NCBI GenBank assembly: GCA_965242655.1
Contig: OZ251482.1
Coordinates: forward strand, 4,137,480-4,201,479
Length of the DNA stretch: 64,000 nt
Direction of reading: 5' to 3'
Source of the DNA: Caldilineaceae bacterium
GTDB taxonomy: Bacteria > Chloroflexota > Anaerolineae > Caldilineales > Caldilineaceae
In this document: positions 9,048 to 18,834 of the stretch, in pieces
How the letters are laid out: each line of letters starts with the position of its first letter
Position numbering within the stretch: the stretch's first letter is position 1
The notes under the pieces: generated by a model
Database searches by the model: none
Told to the model about the DNA's origin: nothing
The model's input: only the letters and a program-made list of their open reading frames with translations
Program-made: the position numbers and the translations under genes

Positions 9048-9154
9048 CCAGCCAGCCTGCTGGCCCGGACGACACGGTGCCAAGGCTGGGAACAAGTTGC
9101 ACCGAAATCCCGCGTGGAGCGATCTACGCGCGCCTATCCCTAATTATTCTCAGT

Positions 9155-11365
9155 TCATGAGCATACAGGCAGACTGATAGACCCTATGTCATGGCGTATC
9201 CCGGGATTCCACGGCATCCCTGCCGGAATGCATCCGGTAAAATTGTTGCCGGCCAGGAACAGGCTTGCAACCCTCAATTGGGCCAAGGACGAGGGGATCG
9301 ATCCGCTCAAGTTATTGCGCTGCAAAAACAAAAATTCCAAATTGGAGAGATTCCCCAATTCCGACGGAATGGAGCCCGAGAACTTGTTGTCGTCCAGTGC
9401 CAACCAAATCAAGTTGGAGAGATTCCCCAATTCCGGCGGAATGGGGCCGCTCAAGCGATTGCGCGTGGTGCCGCTGCTGCGTTGCCCTACATCCAAGTGC
9501 GTAAGATTGGACAGGTTGCCCAGTTCCGCGGGGAGCGCGCCGCTGAGGGGGGTGCTCGTAAAAAAGAGGCGTTCCAGGTTGGTCAGTTGGCCTATCCATG
9601 GCGGGATGGAACCCGTCATGCGCAATATCCGCAGTCCCAGCCGTTCCAGGTTGGTCAGTTGGCCTATCCATGATGGAAAGGAACCTGACACCGGCATGGT
9701 TTCTATCTCCAGCACCCTCAAGTCATCCAAGCGGGAGAAGGCCGTTGAAAGAGTGCCGGATACCTTGCGGCATTTCAGGCTGACTTCCCGTACCCGCAAG
9801 GGAGTGCCGCCGAGCGTAATGCCGCCCCAGGACGCAATGGGCGTATTGACGCTCCAATCCCAGGGATGGCCCGTCCGGTCGCTCAGGCTGCCGAAATAGC
9901 ATGTCTCACCGGGACTATAGGTTTGGTCAGAGGGAATCTCCGTGAACGTATTCATGTGGGCGAGCGCGGTCAGCAAGGCGTTGCAGTCCGTAACCAGGCC
10001 TGAATTCATTTTCTGCGTAGCCGTGAGCGCCGTCGTCCCTGCGCCGTCGCATACGGAAAGCAGCGTTACCGGGGGCGGGGGCGGAAGAGCGATGAGGGGG
10101 GCGGAGGGAGGATCCAGCACGGTCGCGGGCGTTTCCATCACCGCGGCCTGCCCGCGCGTATCGCACGGGGTAAACCCGTCCAGCAGGCTGACGTGCGTGC
10201 GCGCCGGCTCGTGTTGAACCAGGAAAACCAGTTCGGCCCGCGGGCTGATCTTCGTGCCGGCCTCATCTTCCGCCCAAGCGGTCACGGTATAGATGCCGTC
10301 CGTGTCAAAGACCGCGCGGGGCACGTCGTAATGCGCGACCGGCCCCGGCGCGAACTGCGTATTCAGCAACGCGTAATCGGTAGTCTCGACCAATGCCCAA
10401 CGATTCACCTGCGGATGGGCCATCCCGCCCGTGGCCCGCGCGGTTTCGCGGATGGTGGCGAACGCCCCGGCGCGGTCCTGCGCCGCGTTGTCGGCGTGAT
10501 CCAGCAGGTGCAGAACCTGGGTTTCATAAATCGGCACCGGCACGGTTGCCGGCGCGAAGTCCAGGACGTCGCCGTCGGCGGCGCGGGAAACGGTCAACCG
10601 ATAATGCTTGAAGTCCGACGCGTCGGGATCGCTCCCCGTGCCGTGGGACAACCCGATCCGGAAATGGGACTCCGCGTCCGCGTCGGTCAGGCGAAAGGCC
10701 GGACCGTAGCCGATATAGTAGAAGCGCCCCGCCGTGGGCACCAACCCCGCCGCCGCGGCGCCTTGCGCGGTGAGCACGCCGCCCGCCGGCAGCGCGGCCG
10801 GCACGGCGAAGAAGGCCGAACAGAATGCGGGCGTCGCCATGCTGGACACGAAATCCAGGGTCGCGATATCGCTGATGACGTGATCCTCATGCGTAAGGGC
10901 CAGACTCGCCTCCCATTCCGTTGAGGTCGCCAGGCCGTCGAACCGGATGGCGCGCGCCCCGAGCGGAGCCGAGCGTTCCAGCTGTGCCTGCCGGCTCTGC
11001 AACAGGACGGTGATCTGGGCCTGGTAGCGCTGTTCCTCCGTGAACGCATCCAAGGCCGCCTGCGTCAGCGGGCGCCACGCCACAATGATTTCGTCCTCTT
11101 CTTCCGTGTACTCGACGGCCATGCCCTCCACGCTGTCCAGGCGCAGAGCGGCGGGACAGTTGTCGTATTCGTCGGTGAAAGCGCTGCGGCCCCGTACGTC
11201 TACGCTCCAAAGCGCCGTAAGCACAAGGGCCAGCGCGAGGCTTGAGGATAGGAGGCGGAGACCGGAACGTCGCGCACGGGGGGGGGGGGGGGGATTTACT
11301 GGTACGGCATCCAAGGACGCGGGCCCCGCCGGCCTAACCCTACTGGGCTTTGCATGTTGCTTCAC
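9155..11365 (-). CDS. Secreted or membrane-anchored protein with C-terminal plant-type (24-residue, LxxLxLxxNxLSGxIPxxLGxL) leucine-rich repeats
   Basis: ORF track, 736 aa. The N-terminus has PPPPP, then a hydrophobic helix LLSSSLALALVLTALW. An LRRNT-like cap DCNALLTALAHMN..W.GITL precedes about 8 LRRs (LGNLSNLEFLFLQRNNLSGSIPSSL). Confidence 0.8.
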   Translation of the reverse strand: MKQHAKPSRVRPAGPASLDAVPVNPPPPPRARRSGLRLLSSSLALALVLTALWSVDVRGRSAFTDEYDNCPAALRLDSVEGMAVEYTEEEDEIIVAWRPLTQAALDAFTEEQRYQAQITVLLQSRQAQLERSAPLGARAIRFDGLATSTEWEASLALTHEDHVISDIATLDFVSSMATPAFCSAFFAVPAALPAGGVLTAQGAAAAGLVPTAGRFYYIGYGPAFRLTDADAESHFRIGLSHGTGSDPDASDFKHYRLTVSRAADGDVLDFAPATVPVPIYETQVLHLLDHADNAAQDRAGAFATIRETARATGGMAHPQVNRWALVETTDYALLNTQFAPGPVAHYDVPRAVFDTDGIYTVTAWAEDEAGTKISPRAELVFLVQHEPARTHVSLLDGFTPCDTRGQAAVMETPATVLDPPSAPLIALPPPPPVTLLSVCDGAGTTALTATQKMNSGLVTDCNALLTALAHMNTFTEIPSDQTYSPGETCYFGSLSDRTGHPWDWSVNTPIASWGGITLGGTPLRVREVSLKCRKVSGTLSTAFSRLDDLRVLEIETMPVSGSFPSWIGQLTNLERLGLRILRMTGSIPPWIGQLTNLERLFFTSTPLSGALPAELGNLSNLTHLDVGQRSSGTTRNRLSGPIPPELGNLSNLIWLALDDNKFSGSIPSELGNLSNLEFLFLQRNNLSGSIPSSLAQLRVASLFLAGNNFTGCIPAGMPWNPGIRHDIGSISLPVCS
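11278..11293. repeat. G16 homopolymer (C16 on the coding strand) inside codons 24-29 of the LRR gene
   Basis: Counted directly: g at 11278-11293. It encodes NPPPPPR. Confidence 0.9.
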
Positions 11366-11554
11366 TACAGTTTCCTTTCACTTACGCTTTTATTCGTCTT
11401 AGGGTGGGAACTGCAGGCAATGCGCAAGGCATCATTCATCTAAAGGGCCAACGGAGCTATGCCATTAGGCACGCGCCCATGATCCGATGCGCCGCGTCTA
11501 TTAGAGACGACTTCTGCAAAAGAAACCAGGTCGCGCGCCAAATCCGTTAGATAA

Positions 11555-11574
11555 GGGGGGGGGGGGGGGGGGGG
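11555..11574. repeat. G20 homopolymer about 190 nt upstream of the LRR gene start
   Basis: Counted directly: g at 11555-11574. Confidence 0.9.
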
Positions 11575-11938
11575 CAAGATTTCGCCTCAAGAGGGGCGAC
11601 TCCGCTGCCTTTCTCATCATGAGGATCGCTTTGCATTGTCTACCATAACCAAAACCTCTATGGCTAATTTTAGCAGATTGCACAGCCCAGGTGATGTGGA
11701 CAATTCTGATTTCCGACCGTGTAAAGAGTCTGGACATGGGCGCGACATAGCCCCCGGTACCGCTACCGTTCATGCCTGCCAGGCACGGCAATAGGGGGCT
11801 GAATACGCTCGCACGGCAGGCAGCCGCAAGAACGGCCCCCAATCTGAATCCGACAGTATCCAATCTGCTCCGGTAGCCCAGAAACTGCGAATAGACCGCT
11901 GTCTCTGGAACTTAGCCGGGCGGAATGGCCTGGTGAAC

Positions 11939-11968
11939 TTGACTGCGCATATATGTTCAGACTAGACT
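11939..11968 (+). promoter_or_regulatory. Candidate sigma70-type promoter for the phd/vapC operon (TTGACT, 18 nt, TAGACT), overlapping a short inverted repeat GACTAG..CTAGTC
   Basis: Motif match 38 nt upstream of ATG 12006. Speculative. Confidence 0.3.
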
Positions 11969-12005
11969 TATGGCTAGTCAGCATCTGGCATCGTGAGGCG
12001 TTGCT

Positions 12006-12266
12006 ATGAACGGAACTTGGCAGGTCCAGGACGCGAAAGCGAAATTTAGCGAGTTGCTTGCCGCCAGCCTGGCGGACGGACCGCAGATCGTGACCAAACG
12101 CGGCGTGGAAACGGCCGTGCTCGTCTCCATGGAGACGTGGCAACATTTGCAGGCTTTGGCAAGACCAAGTTTGAAGGATTTGCTGCTGGCTCCCGAAGCG
12201 CGGACGGAGACGCTGACTCCGGCGCGGCGTCCTTATCGCTATCGCTCTTCCCCCGTATTGGAGTAA
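12006..12266 (+). CDS. Phd/YefM-family type II antitoxin
   Basis: MNGTWQVQDAKAKFSELLAASLADGPQIVTKRGVETAVLVSMETWQ is a typical Phd/YefM N-terminus. The gene lies directly upstream of a PIN toxin gene. Confidence 0.85.
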   Translation: MNGTWQVQDAKAKFSELLAASLADGPQIVTKRGVETAVLVSMETWQHLQALARPSLKDLLLAPEARTETLTPARRPYRYRSSPVLE

Positions 12267-12271
12267 GCCCC

Positions 12272-12679
12272 ATGTACCTTCTGGATACCGACGTGGTTTC
12301 GGAATTGCGACGTCCGCGCCCGCACAAGGCAGTGTTGCAGTGGTTGGCGCAGGTACCGGAAACCCAGATTTTCATCTCCGCCGTTACCGTTGGCGAAATA
12401 CAGGCGGGCATTGAAAGCGCACGCGAGCGGGATAAGGCCAAGGCAGAGGAGTTGGGCGCTTGGCTGGACCAGCTCCTCGCGTCTTACAATCCGGTACCGA
12501 TGGATGCAGCCGCTTTTCGCGCATGGGGACGCCTCATGCATAGAAAACCGAAGGGCCTCTATCAAGATGCCATGATCGCCGCTACAGCCCTTGTACGCGG
12601 CTTGGTGGTCGTTACGCGGAACGCGCGCGATTTCGACCAGTTAGGCGTAGAAATACGGGATCCATGCCAAGACGCTTGA
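12272..12679 (+). CDS. vapC: PIN-domain type II toxin (VapC/FitB-like ribonuclease)
   Basis: MYLLDTDVVSEL.. (Asp), TVGEIQ (Glu), DAMIAATAL (Asp), VVTRNARDF. The ATG at 12272 lies within ORF-track 12137..12679. Confidence 0.85.
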   Translation: MYLLDTDVVSELRRPRPHKAVLQWLAQVPETQIFISAVTVGEIQAGIESARERDKAKAEELGAWLDQLLASYNPVPMDAAAFRAWGRLMHRKPKGLYQDAMIAATALVRGLVVVTRNARDFDQLGVEIRDPCQDA

Positions 12680-12939
12680 CTCACCTTGACGCCGGCGCAT
12701 TCAATGGGGCCGGAAGGCCACGCGGCTAGCCTGAACGCAACCGTGGCGTTCGGGTTAGCGGTTCTGCAAGGTTTTCATCTCGGAATGCCCTACGGTTCCT
12801 GACCGCGCCTGCGCGGCCGTTTCCGTGGACGTGCCCGCTGGGGACAGGCTCCTTGCTATTCCGACCGTATGCGTAGCGACTCCGTCTGGGAGCAGGCCGT
12901 CAGCGATGCAAGGCCCTGTTCTATAGGGGCCGATGGGAA

Positions 12940-12959
12940 GGCAGGCGGCGCCGCCTGCC
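12940..12959. terminator. Perfect 20-nt GC palindrome (ggcaggcggc/gccgcctgcc) between convergent genes; possible bidirectional terminator
   Basis: Read directly. It lies between the vapC end (12679) and the minus-strand TIM-barrel gene end (12989). There is no clear U-tract. Confidence 0.4.
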
Positions 12960-12988
12960 GGTTTGAGCGGAACCCGGCAGCCCAGCGC

Positions 12989-13771
12989 TCAGGCGTTCAG
13001 ACGCGAGGCAATGAAGGCGTAACTGCGGGTAATGCTGGCTACGTGATCGGCCGGCATATCGTGTTCCACGATATACCATTGCGCCCCGGACGCCCGCGCC
13101 TGCGGCAGGATGGCGGCCCAGTCCAGACGGCCGTGCCCTACGTCCTCCAGGCCCATGCGATCCGCGTTCTGGCCGGGAGGGGCCAAGTCCTTCATATGCA
13201 CGCAAGGGCAACGGTCGGCGTAGCGTTGCAGGAGCGCCACGGGATCCGCGCCGCCTTTGACGGTCCAGGCGCAGTCGAGTTCCAGTCCCACATGGCTGGG
13301 CGTCGTTTCGCTCATCATGATATCGATCGCCAACTGGCCGTCGAACCGCTGCATCTCTTGCCAATGGTTGTGGTACAGCAGGGTCAGGCCGGCGGCGCGG
13401 CACGCGGCCCCCAACTCTTCCAGGTGCGCGCCCAAAGTCCGCCAGTCGTCCGCGGTCGGGTCTTCCCCGGCCCACAACTTGCGATTCGGAACCGGGATGG
13501 CCACGATCTCCGTGCCCAGATCCGCGTAGCGTTGCAACGTGCCGGCCTGATCCGCGGCGAAGGCTTCCAGGGGCACATGCACCGAGACGGCTTGCAGGCC
13601 GTGCCCGTCCAGCTGGCGCCGCCAGGCGGAGGCCGAAATGTCCTGTCGATGCATGGCTTCGACGTAGCCGTATCCGGCCCGCGCCGCCGCGTCCAGCCTT
13701 TCGTCTTCCGACGCGTCCATGGCGCGCAGCGTGTAGAGTTGCAAAGCGATGGGCAGGGAGGCTTCAGACAT
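12989..13771 (-). CDS. Sugar phosphate isomerase/epimerase (xylose-isomerase-like TIM barrel)
   Basis: ORF track 12989..13834; start at ATG 13771 ([16 protein letters not shown]...). The composition HNHWQEM, LELDCAW, VHMKD is typical of the family. Confidence 0.8.
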   Translation of the reverse strand: MSEASLPIALQLYTLRAMDASEDERLDAAARAGYGYVEAMHRQDISASAWRRQLDGHGLQAVSVHVPLEAFAADQAGTLQRYADLGTEIVAIPVPNRKLWAGEDPTADDWRTLGAHLEELGAACRAAGLTLLYHNHWQEMQRFDGQLAIDIMMSETTPSHVGLELDCAWTVKGGADPVALLQRYADRCPCVHMKDLAPPGQNADRMGLEDVGHGRLDWAAILPQARASGAQWYIVEHDMPADHVASITRSYAFIASRLNA

Positions 13772-16196
13772 GAAAAAACCTTTCTTCGCCGAAATGTGAA
13801 TAGGCCGGCGCGGAACCGCCCGCAGACCGGACATGGTTCACCGGCCACGGTGCCTGCGGGTGCATCAGGCTTTCGTACAAGGCGGAATTGCGCTCCGCTA
13901 CCTGGGCGTTGCCCACGGCCCGGTGCAGGGCCGCGCGTTGCCCGACGATCACCACCAGTCGCTTGGCGCGCGTCAGGGCAGTATACAACAGGTTGCGCTG
14001 CAGCATGATGTAGTGCGCGTTCATCAAGGGCAGGATGACCGCCGGGTATTCGCTGCCCTGGCTTTTGTGAATGGTGACGGCGTACGCCAGCGTGATTTTG
14101 GGCAGTTCCTGCGCGGTGTAGGGCACGATCCGCTCCTCGAACCGTACGCTGGCCTCCCCTTTTTCCGGGTCTACGGACGCCAGCATCCCCAGATCCCCGT
14201 TGTACACCATCTTGTCGTAGTCGTTGCGCACCTGCATGACGGGATCGCCGGGGCGCAGGATCATGTCGCCCTGGCGCAGGCAGTCCGGGTTCTTGTCCGC
14301 CGGATTCAGGCCGGCCTGCAAGGCCTGGTTCAGGGCTTCCACCCCCACGGCGCCCCGGCGCATCGGGCTGAGCACCATGATCTCGTGCGGCTCAATGCCG
14401 AAATACGTGGGCAGACGCTCGCGCGCCAGCTGCAGGCAGAGCGCCTGGGCGCGTTCGGGATCGGCTTCCGGCAGGAAGAAAAAGTCCTTGAAGCGCCCGT
14501 TTTGGATGAGCGGCATGTCGCCCTTGCGGATGCGATGCGCGTTGGTCACGATGGCGCTGTCCTGGCTCTGGCGATGGATCTCGTCCAGACGCACGACCTG
14601 CGGTCGGTGGGCGGACGCGGCCCAGTCCGCGGCCTCGTTCTCGATCGCGTGGATGATGTCTTGCAACACGTTGCCCGCGCCCACGCTGGGCAATTGGTCC
14701 ACGTCGCCTACCCACAACACGTGCATATGGTTGGGAATCGCCTTGCTCAGATGGTAAGCCAGGTGCAGGTCCAGCATGGAGGCCTCGTCCACGATCAGCA
14801 TGTCGCCCTCCAGGGGAGAGGAGTCGTCGCGGTGAAAGCGCATGCTGCCGGACGCGGCGGTCGCTTCCAGCAAGCGATGCACCGTCCGGGCGGGCTGGCC
14901 GGTCGTTTCCTGCATGCGCTTGGCCGCGCGGCCGGTGGGCGCGGCCAGCAAGGCTGTCCGTTTGAGCGCGCGGCACAAATCCAGCAGCGCATGGATCGTC
15001 GTGGTCTTGCCCGTGCCCGGCCCGCCGGTCAGGACGGCGAACGGGCTTTGCACGGCCGCCTGCACGGCGCGCTTTTGCAAGTCCGTCAGCGGCAGTTCCT
15101 GCGCGCTGCGCGCCCAGTAGCCGCTCCAGTCATAGCGCGCCATGCGGCGCGCCAACGGCGTCGTGCGCCACAGCAAGCGCGCCAGGTTGGCGGCCAGCCC
15201 GTTTTCGCATTGGTAGACCCAAGGCAGGTACACCGTCAGTTCGCTCCAGTTCAGGGCGGGAACCGACGGCGAGGACGGGGCCGCGGGATCGGCGGCGGCG
15301 TCTGGCTGGCCTGCCGCGGGCAAATAGAGGCTGGGTTCCGGCCAGCGCGGCAGGAAGCGGCCGCCGCCCGGCGCGCAGGCGGCCATGGCTTGCTCTTGCC
15401 CCAGCATCTGGAGCAGGCACTCCTGCACGCGTTCCGGCTGCGCCCGCACCAATTGGCCGGTGCGTTGGACCAATTCCGCGCCGGAAAGATAGGCATGGCC
15501 CTGATTCAGCGCCAAATCCAGCGTATAGCGCAGTCCGGCTTCCACGCGCTCGTACATATCGCCCTGGATGCCGATGCGCGCGGCGATGGCGTCCGCGCGC
15601 TTGAAGCCGATGCCCGCGATGGAGCACAGCAGGAAAGGATTGCGCTTGATCCGGTCGGCCGCGCCGGGTCCCATTTCGGCGTGAATGCGTTTCGCCATGA
15701 GCAGGGACAGGCCGAACTCCTGCAGGAGCAGCATGAGGCTGCGCGTGGACTGGTTGCGCTGCCAGGCCTCCGTAATCCGCTTGACCTTGCGCGGGCCGAA
15801 CCCCGGGATCTCGGCTAACCGCGCGGGATCGGCGTCCAGCATGTCCAGGGCCTTCGCGCCCCAGGCCTGCACGATGGTCCGCGCCGTGGCCGGACCCAGG
15901 CCCTTGAAGAGCCCGCTGCCCAGGAACCGGGCTATGCCGTCCTCGGTTACGGGCATGTCCATGGACAGCGAGGCGACCCGCAATTGCGGACCGTACGCCT
16001 TGTGCTGCTCCAGGGTTCCGGTGACCTGGACGGAGTCTCCCGTCTTGACGGGCGGCAGTACGCCCACTATCGTCAACGGCTCATTCCCGGCCAGGCGCAC
16101 GCCGCGACTCGCCTCTACGTTCAGACGCGCCACGGTGAACCCGGTGTCTGGGCTATAATAGGTAAGATTGCGAATCGTGCCTGTGACCTCGGCCAT
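13764..16196 (-). CDS. recD2: ATP-dependent RecD-like (RecD2, SF1B) DNA helicase
   Basis: 810 aa. The N-terminal OB/HhH region ([12 protein letters not shown]), the P-loop [11 protein letters not shown], and [13 protein letters not shown] near the C-terminus are all present. Confidence 0.9.
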   Translation of the reverse strand: MAEVTGTIRNLTYYSPDTGFTVARLNVEASRGVRLAGNEPLTIVGVLPPVKTGDSVQVTGTLEQHKAYGPQLRVASLSMDMPVTEDGIARFLGSGLFKGLGPATARTIVQAWGAKALDMLDADPARLAEIPGFGPRKVKRITEAWQRNQSTRSLMLLLQEFGLSLLMAKRIHAEMGPGAADRIKRNPFLLCSIAGIGFKRADAIAARIGIQGDMYERVEAGLRYTLDLALNQGHAYLSGAELVQRTGQLVRAQPERVQECLLQMLGQEQAMAACAPGGGRFLPRWPEPSLYLPAAGQPDAAADPAAPSSPSVPALNWSELTVYLPWVYQCENGLAANLARLLWRTTPLARRMARYDWSGYWARSAQELPLTDLQKRAVQAAVQSPFAVLTGGPGTGKTTTIHALLDLCRALKRTALLAAPTGRAAKRMQETTGQPARTVHRLLEATAASGSMRFHRDDSSPLEGDMLIVDEASMLDLHLAYHLSKAIPNHMHVLWVGDVDQLPSVGAGNVLQDIIHAIENEAADWAASAHRPQVVRLDEIHRQSQDSAIVTNAHRIRKGDMPLIQNGRFKDFFFLPEADPERAQALCLQLARERLPTYFGIEPHEIMVLSPMRRGAVGVEALNQALQAGLNPADKNPDCLRQGDMILRPGDPVMQVRNDYDKMVYNGDLGMLASVDPEKGEASVRFEERIVPYTAQELPKITLAYAVTIHKSQGSEYPAVILPLMNAHYIMLQRNLLYTALTRAKRLVVIVGQRAALHRAVGNAQVAERNSALYESLMHPQAPWPVNHVRSAGGSAPAYSHFGEERFFHV

Positions 16197-16313
16197 AGCG
16201 CTTTAAGTATAAACAACTTCTTTGAGTTCCCGTCCCCCCCTCTTGGCCGGCAACCCGCAGCGCCGCGCCCGGCGCGCCGGAAAGTCCGCCTGCAGTGCAA
16301 GGAAAACGCCATC

Positions 16314-17324
16314 GTGAGCGCGCGTTATTACGGAGGCCAGGCCATCCTGGAAGGAGTCATGATGCGCGGGGCCCGCACCTTCGCGGTCGCGGTCCGCACG
16401 GCTTCCGGCGACATCAAGCTGCACCACGAACCGTTGACGGCCTGGATTTACACCAGCCGCTTCGGGCAATGGCCCTTCGTCCGGGGGCTGGGGCTGTTGT
16501 GGGAGGCGCTGGGGCTGGGCGTGCGCGCCATTCTCTGGAGCGCCGACCTCGCGACCCAGGACCTGGCGGCGGAGGAAGCCGCGCGCGAGGGGAAAGATCC
16601 GGCGGCGGAAGGCCAGGAAGTGCGCTTTCAGGGGCCCGTGGCCTGGTCTACCGTGGCCCTGAGCTTCGCCCTGGGCATCGGTCTGTTTTTCCTGTTGCCG
16701 ACCTTGGCCAGCCGCTGGGTGGCGAGTTTTTTCGCGGAGAACGCCTTCCTGGACGCGTCGGTCGAGGGCGCGGTGCGCGTGGCGCTGTTCGCGCTCTACT
16801 TCGCGGCCATCAGTTTCATGAAGGACATTCGCCGCATGTTCGGCTTTCACGGGGCGGAACACAAGGCCATCAACGCGTTCGAAGCCGGCGCCGATCTGAA
16901 GATCAAGGACGTGCAGCGGCACAGCGTGCAACACGTGCGTTGCGGCACGAGTTTCATTCTGTTCGTCGTCATCATCAGCATCGTTCTCTTCTTCCCCCTG
17001 TCCTTCGCGGGCGTGGAACCGGACTGGCTGGCCTTGATCCTGCGCTTCCTGACCCGGTTGGCCCTGCTGCCCGTCATCGCCGGCATCGCCTACGAACTGA
17101 TCCGTTTCAGCGCCGGCCACAAGGACAATCCCCTGCTCCGGTTCTTCATCATGCCGGGCCTGTGGTTGCAGAAGGTGACGACCCGCCCGCCCGACGACGA
17201 CATGGTGCAGACGGCCGTGGCGGCCCTGATCCCGGTGCTGGAAGCGGACGGCGTGCCGGTCAACGCGGACGCCAAAGCCCTGGTGTGGGAACGCGTGGTG
17301 CCCACCTCCATGTCCTCCGCCTGA
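16314..17324 (+). CDS. DUF1385-domain membrane protein
   Basis: GTG start. [32 protein letters not shown] and HVRCGTSF are motifs I associate with DUF1385. Confidence 0.75.
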   Translation: MSARYYGGQAILEGVMMRGARTFAVAVRTASGDIKLHHEPLTAWIYTSRFGQWPFVRGLGLLWEALGLGVRAILWSADLATQDLAAEEAAREGKDPAAEGQEVRFQGPVAWSTVALSFALGIGLFFLLPTLASRWVASFFAENAFLDASVEGAVRVALFALYFAAISFMKDIRRMFGFHGAEHKAINAFEAGADLKIKDVQRHSVQHVRCGTSFILFVVIISIVLFFPLSFAGVEPDWLALILRFLTRLALLPVIAGIAYELIRFSAGHKDNPLLRFFIMPGLWLQKVTTRPPDDDMVQTAVAALIPVLEADGVPVNADAKALVWERVVPTSMSSA

Positions 17325-17353
17325 TCCATGGCGCGGACGGGACGCCAGCGCCT

Positions 17354-17587
17354 TCAGTCCCGGAAGGCGACCCGCAGCGCCTGGCCGCGATACGCCACCT
17401 CGTCCCCGTGAAACAGTTTGCGCCCGCGGCGGCGTTCGATCCGGCCGTTGACTTTCACGGCGCCGCCCTTGATCAGCCATTTGGCCTCGCCGCCGGACGC
17501 GGCCAGTCGCTGCACCTGCAGCCACTGGTCCAGACGAATGAATTCCGGCCCGGAGCGGGCCGGCGGCGGCGCGTCCGCAGGGTTCAT
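17354..17587 (-). CDS. S4-domain RNA-binding protein (YbcJ-like)
   Basis: IRLDQWLQVQRLAASGGEAKWLIKGGAVKVNGRIERRRGRKL; start at ATG 17587 preferred over 17635. Confidence 0.7.
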   Translation of the reverse strand: MNPADAPPPARSGPEFIRLDQWLQVQRLAASGGEAKWLIKGGAVKVNGRIERRRGRKLFHGDEVAYRGQALRVAFRD

Positions 17588-17820
17588 GGCAGGCCAGCGG
17601 GAAACAGGCGTTGCAGGGAGAAGGGCGGCGGCCAAGACGCAGAGCCTCGACCTGATCCTGTCATTTTGCTTTACTTTTACTCGGAAGCGGGAAATCCGCG
17701 CCGGCGCCGGGCGTATCGGAAGCCGGGCGCCGCGCGGTTTTGCGTCTATGTCCCCGCAGGTTGCGGCAGGTGCCGTCGCGTCTGCGCGCGGCGCGCCGAA
17801 GAGCCGAAGAGAGGTGCATC

Positions 17821-18774
17821 ATGTTCAGCCTAGAAGAATTCCGGGCTTCGCCGGAGGCCTACCAGCAGCTGGCGGACATAGAAACGGCGATCTGGCCGGA
17901 TACGCCGCGCGCGGGCGCGGAGACGGCCCGCGCGGACCGGAGCCGCGCGGCCGATGCCCCCGTATACCGTTGGGTGGGCCAGCGCAACGGCGCGACGGTC
18001 GGCTTCGTTGCCTTCGAATTGGATGCCTGGCAACGCGCGCCGGGACGCTTCCATTGCTTCGCCGCCGTGCATCCGGATTTTCAGGGTCAGGGTTTGGGCC
18101 GGCAGTTGTACCAGTTCGGACTGCGTCAGGTGCGCCAGCGGGAAGGCGTCAGCGAACTCGTCTGCGATACGCGCGCGGATGCGCCGCGCGGCATCCGGTT
18201 TCTGGAAGACAGAGGCTTCCGGCTCCACAAAACCACCTGCCAGACGCAGCTGCGGGTAGCGGACTGCGATCTGGACGCCTATGCGCATTGGCCGCGACGC
18301 CTCCGGGAGGCCGGCGTACGCATTGCGACCATGGAAACCCTGCAGGCCGCGCACCCCGACTGGTTTGCGGAGTATCACGCCCTGTTGCGCGACTTCCAGG
18401 CGGATATGGTGTTCCCGCCCACGCCCCTGTCGCAGGCGGACCATTGGCGGGAACATGCCGCGGACGACGCCTATGATCCCGCCCTGTCCTTCGTGGCGTT
18501 GGTCAACGATGAATGGGCCGCCTATACGTCTCTCAAACGCTCCCTGGCCGATCCCGGCTTCTATTGGACCCGGCTGACGGGTACGCGCCGTCCCTTTCGG
18601 CGCCAAGGCCTGGCGGCCGGCTTGAAATACGCCGCGATTGAAGCGGTCCAGGCCTTGGGCGGCCATGCCCTGCGCACGGACAACCATCCCCGGAATCCCA
18701 TGTACCGGATCAATGTCCAGTTCGGTTTCGCGGCCTTGCCGGATCTGCTTTCCTACGTCCGGACGGCGTCCTAG
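17821..18774 (+). CDS. GNAT-family N-acetyltransferase (two-lobed)
   Basis: VHPDFQGQGLGRQLY and RRPFRRQGLAAGLKY are acetyl-CoA-binding-type motifs. ATG at 17821. Confidence 0.75.
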   Translation: MFSLEEFRASPEAYQQLADIETAIWPDTPRAGAETARADRSRAADAPVYRWVGQRNGATVGFVAFELDAWQRAPGRFHCFAAVHPDFQGQGLGRQLYQFGLRQVRQREGVSELVCDTRADAPRGIRFLEDRGFRLHKTTCQTQLRVADCDLDAYAHWPRRLREAGVRIATMETLQAAHPDWFAEYHALLRDFQADMVFPPTPLSQADHWREHAADDAYDPALSFVALVNDEWAAYTSLKRSLADPGFYWTRLTGTRRPFRRQGLAAGLKYAAIEAVQALGGHALRTDNHPRNPMYRINVQFGFAALPDLLSYVRTAS

Positions 18775-18834
18775 ACCGCCCCGCGCGGGGCGGTTGCGGT
18801 CCAACGCTTCCCCTCGCGCGCCACAGCTCCCCGC

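Noticed and set aside
9155-11365. LRR gene as a diversity-generating-retroelement target
   Set aside because: No reverse transcriptase and no template-repeat copy of the LRR 3' region occur anywhere in the window. The variation seen is whole-unit duplication, not adenine-specific substitution.
11501-11863. 120-aa minus-strand ORF containing the G20 tract (reads PPPPPP)
   Set aside because: It has no start context and low-complexity sequence. It exists only because the homopolymer keeps the frame open.
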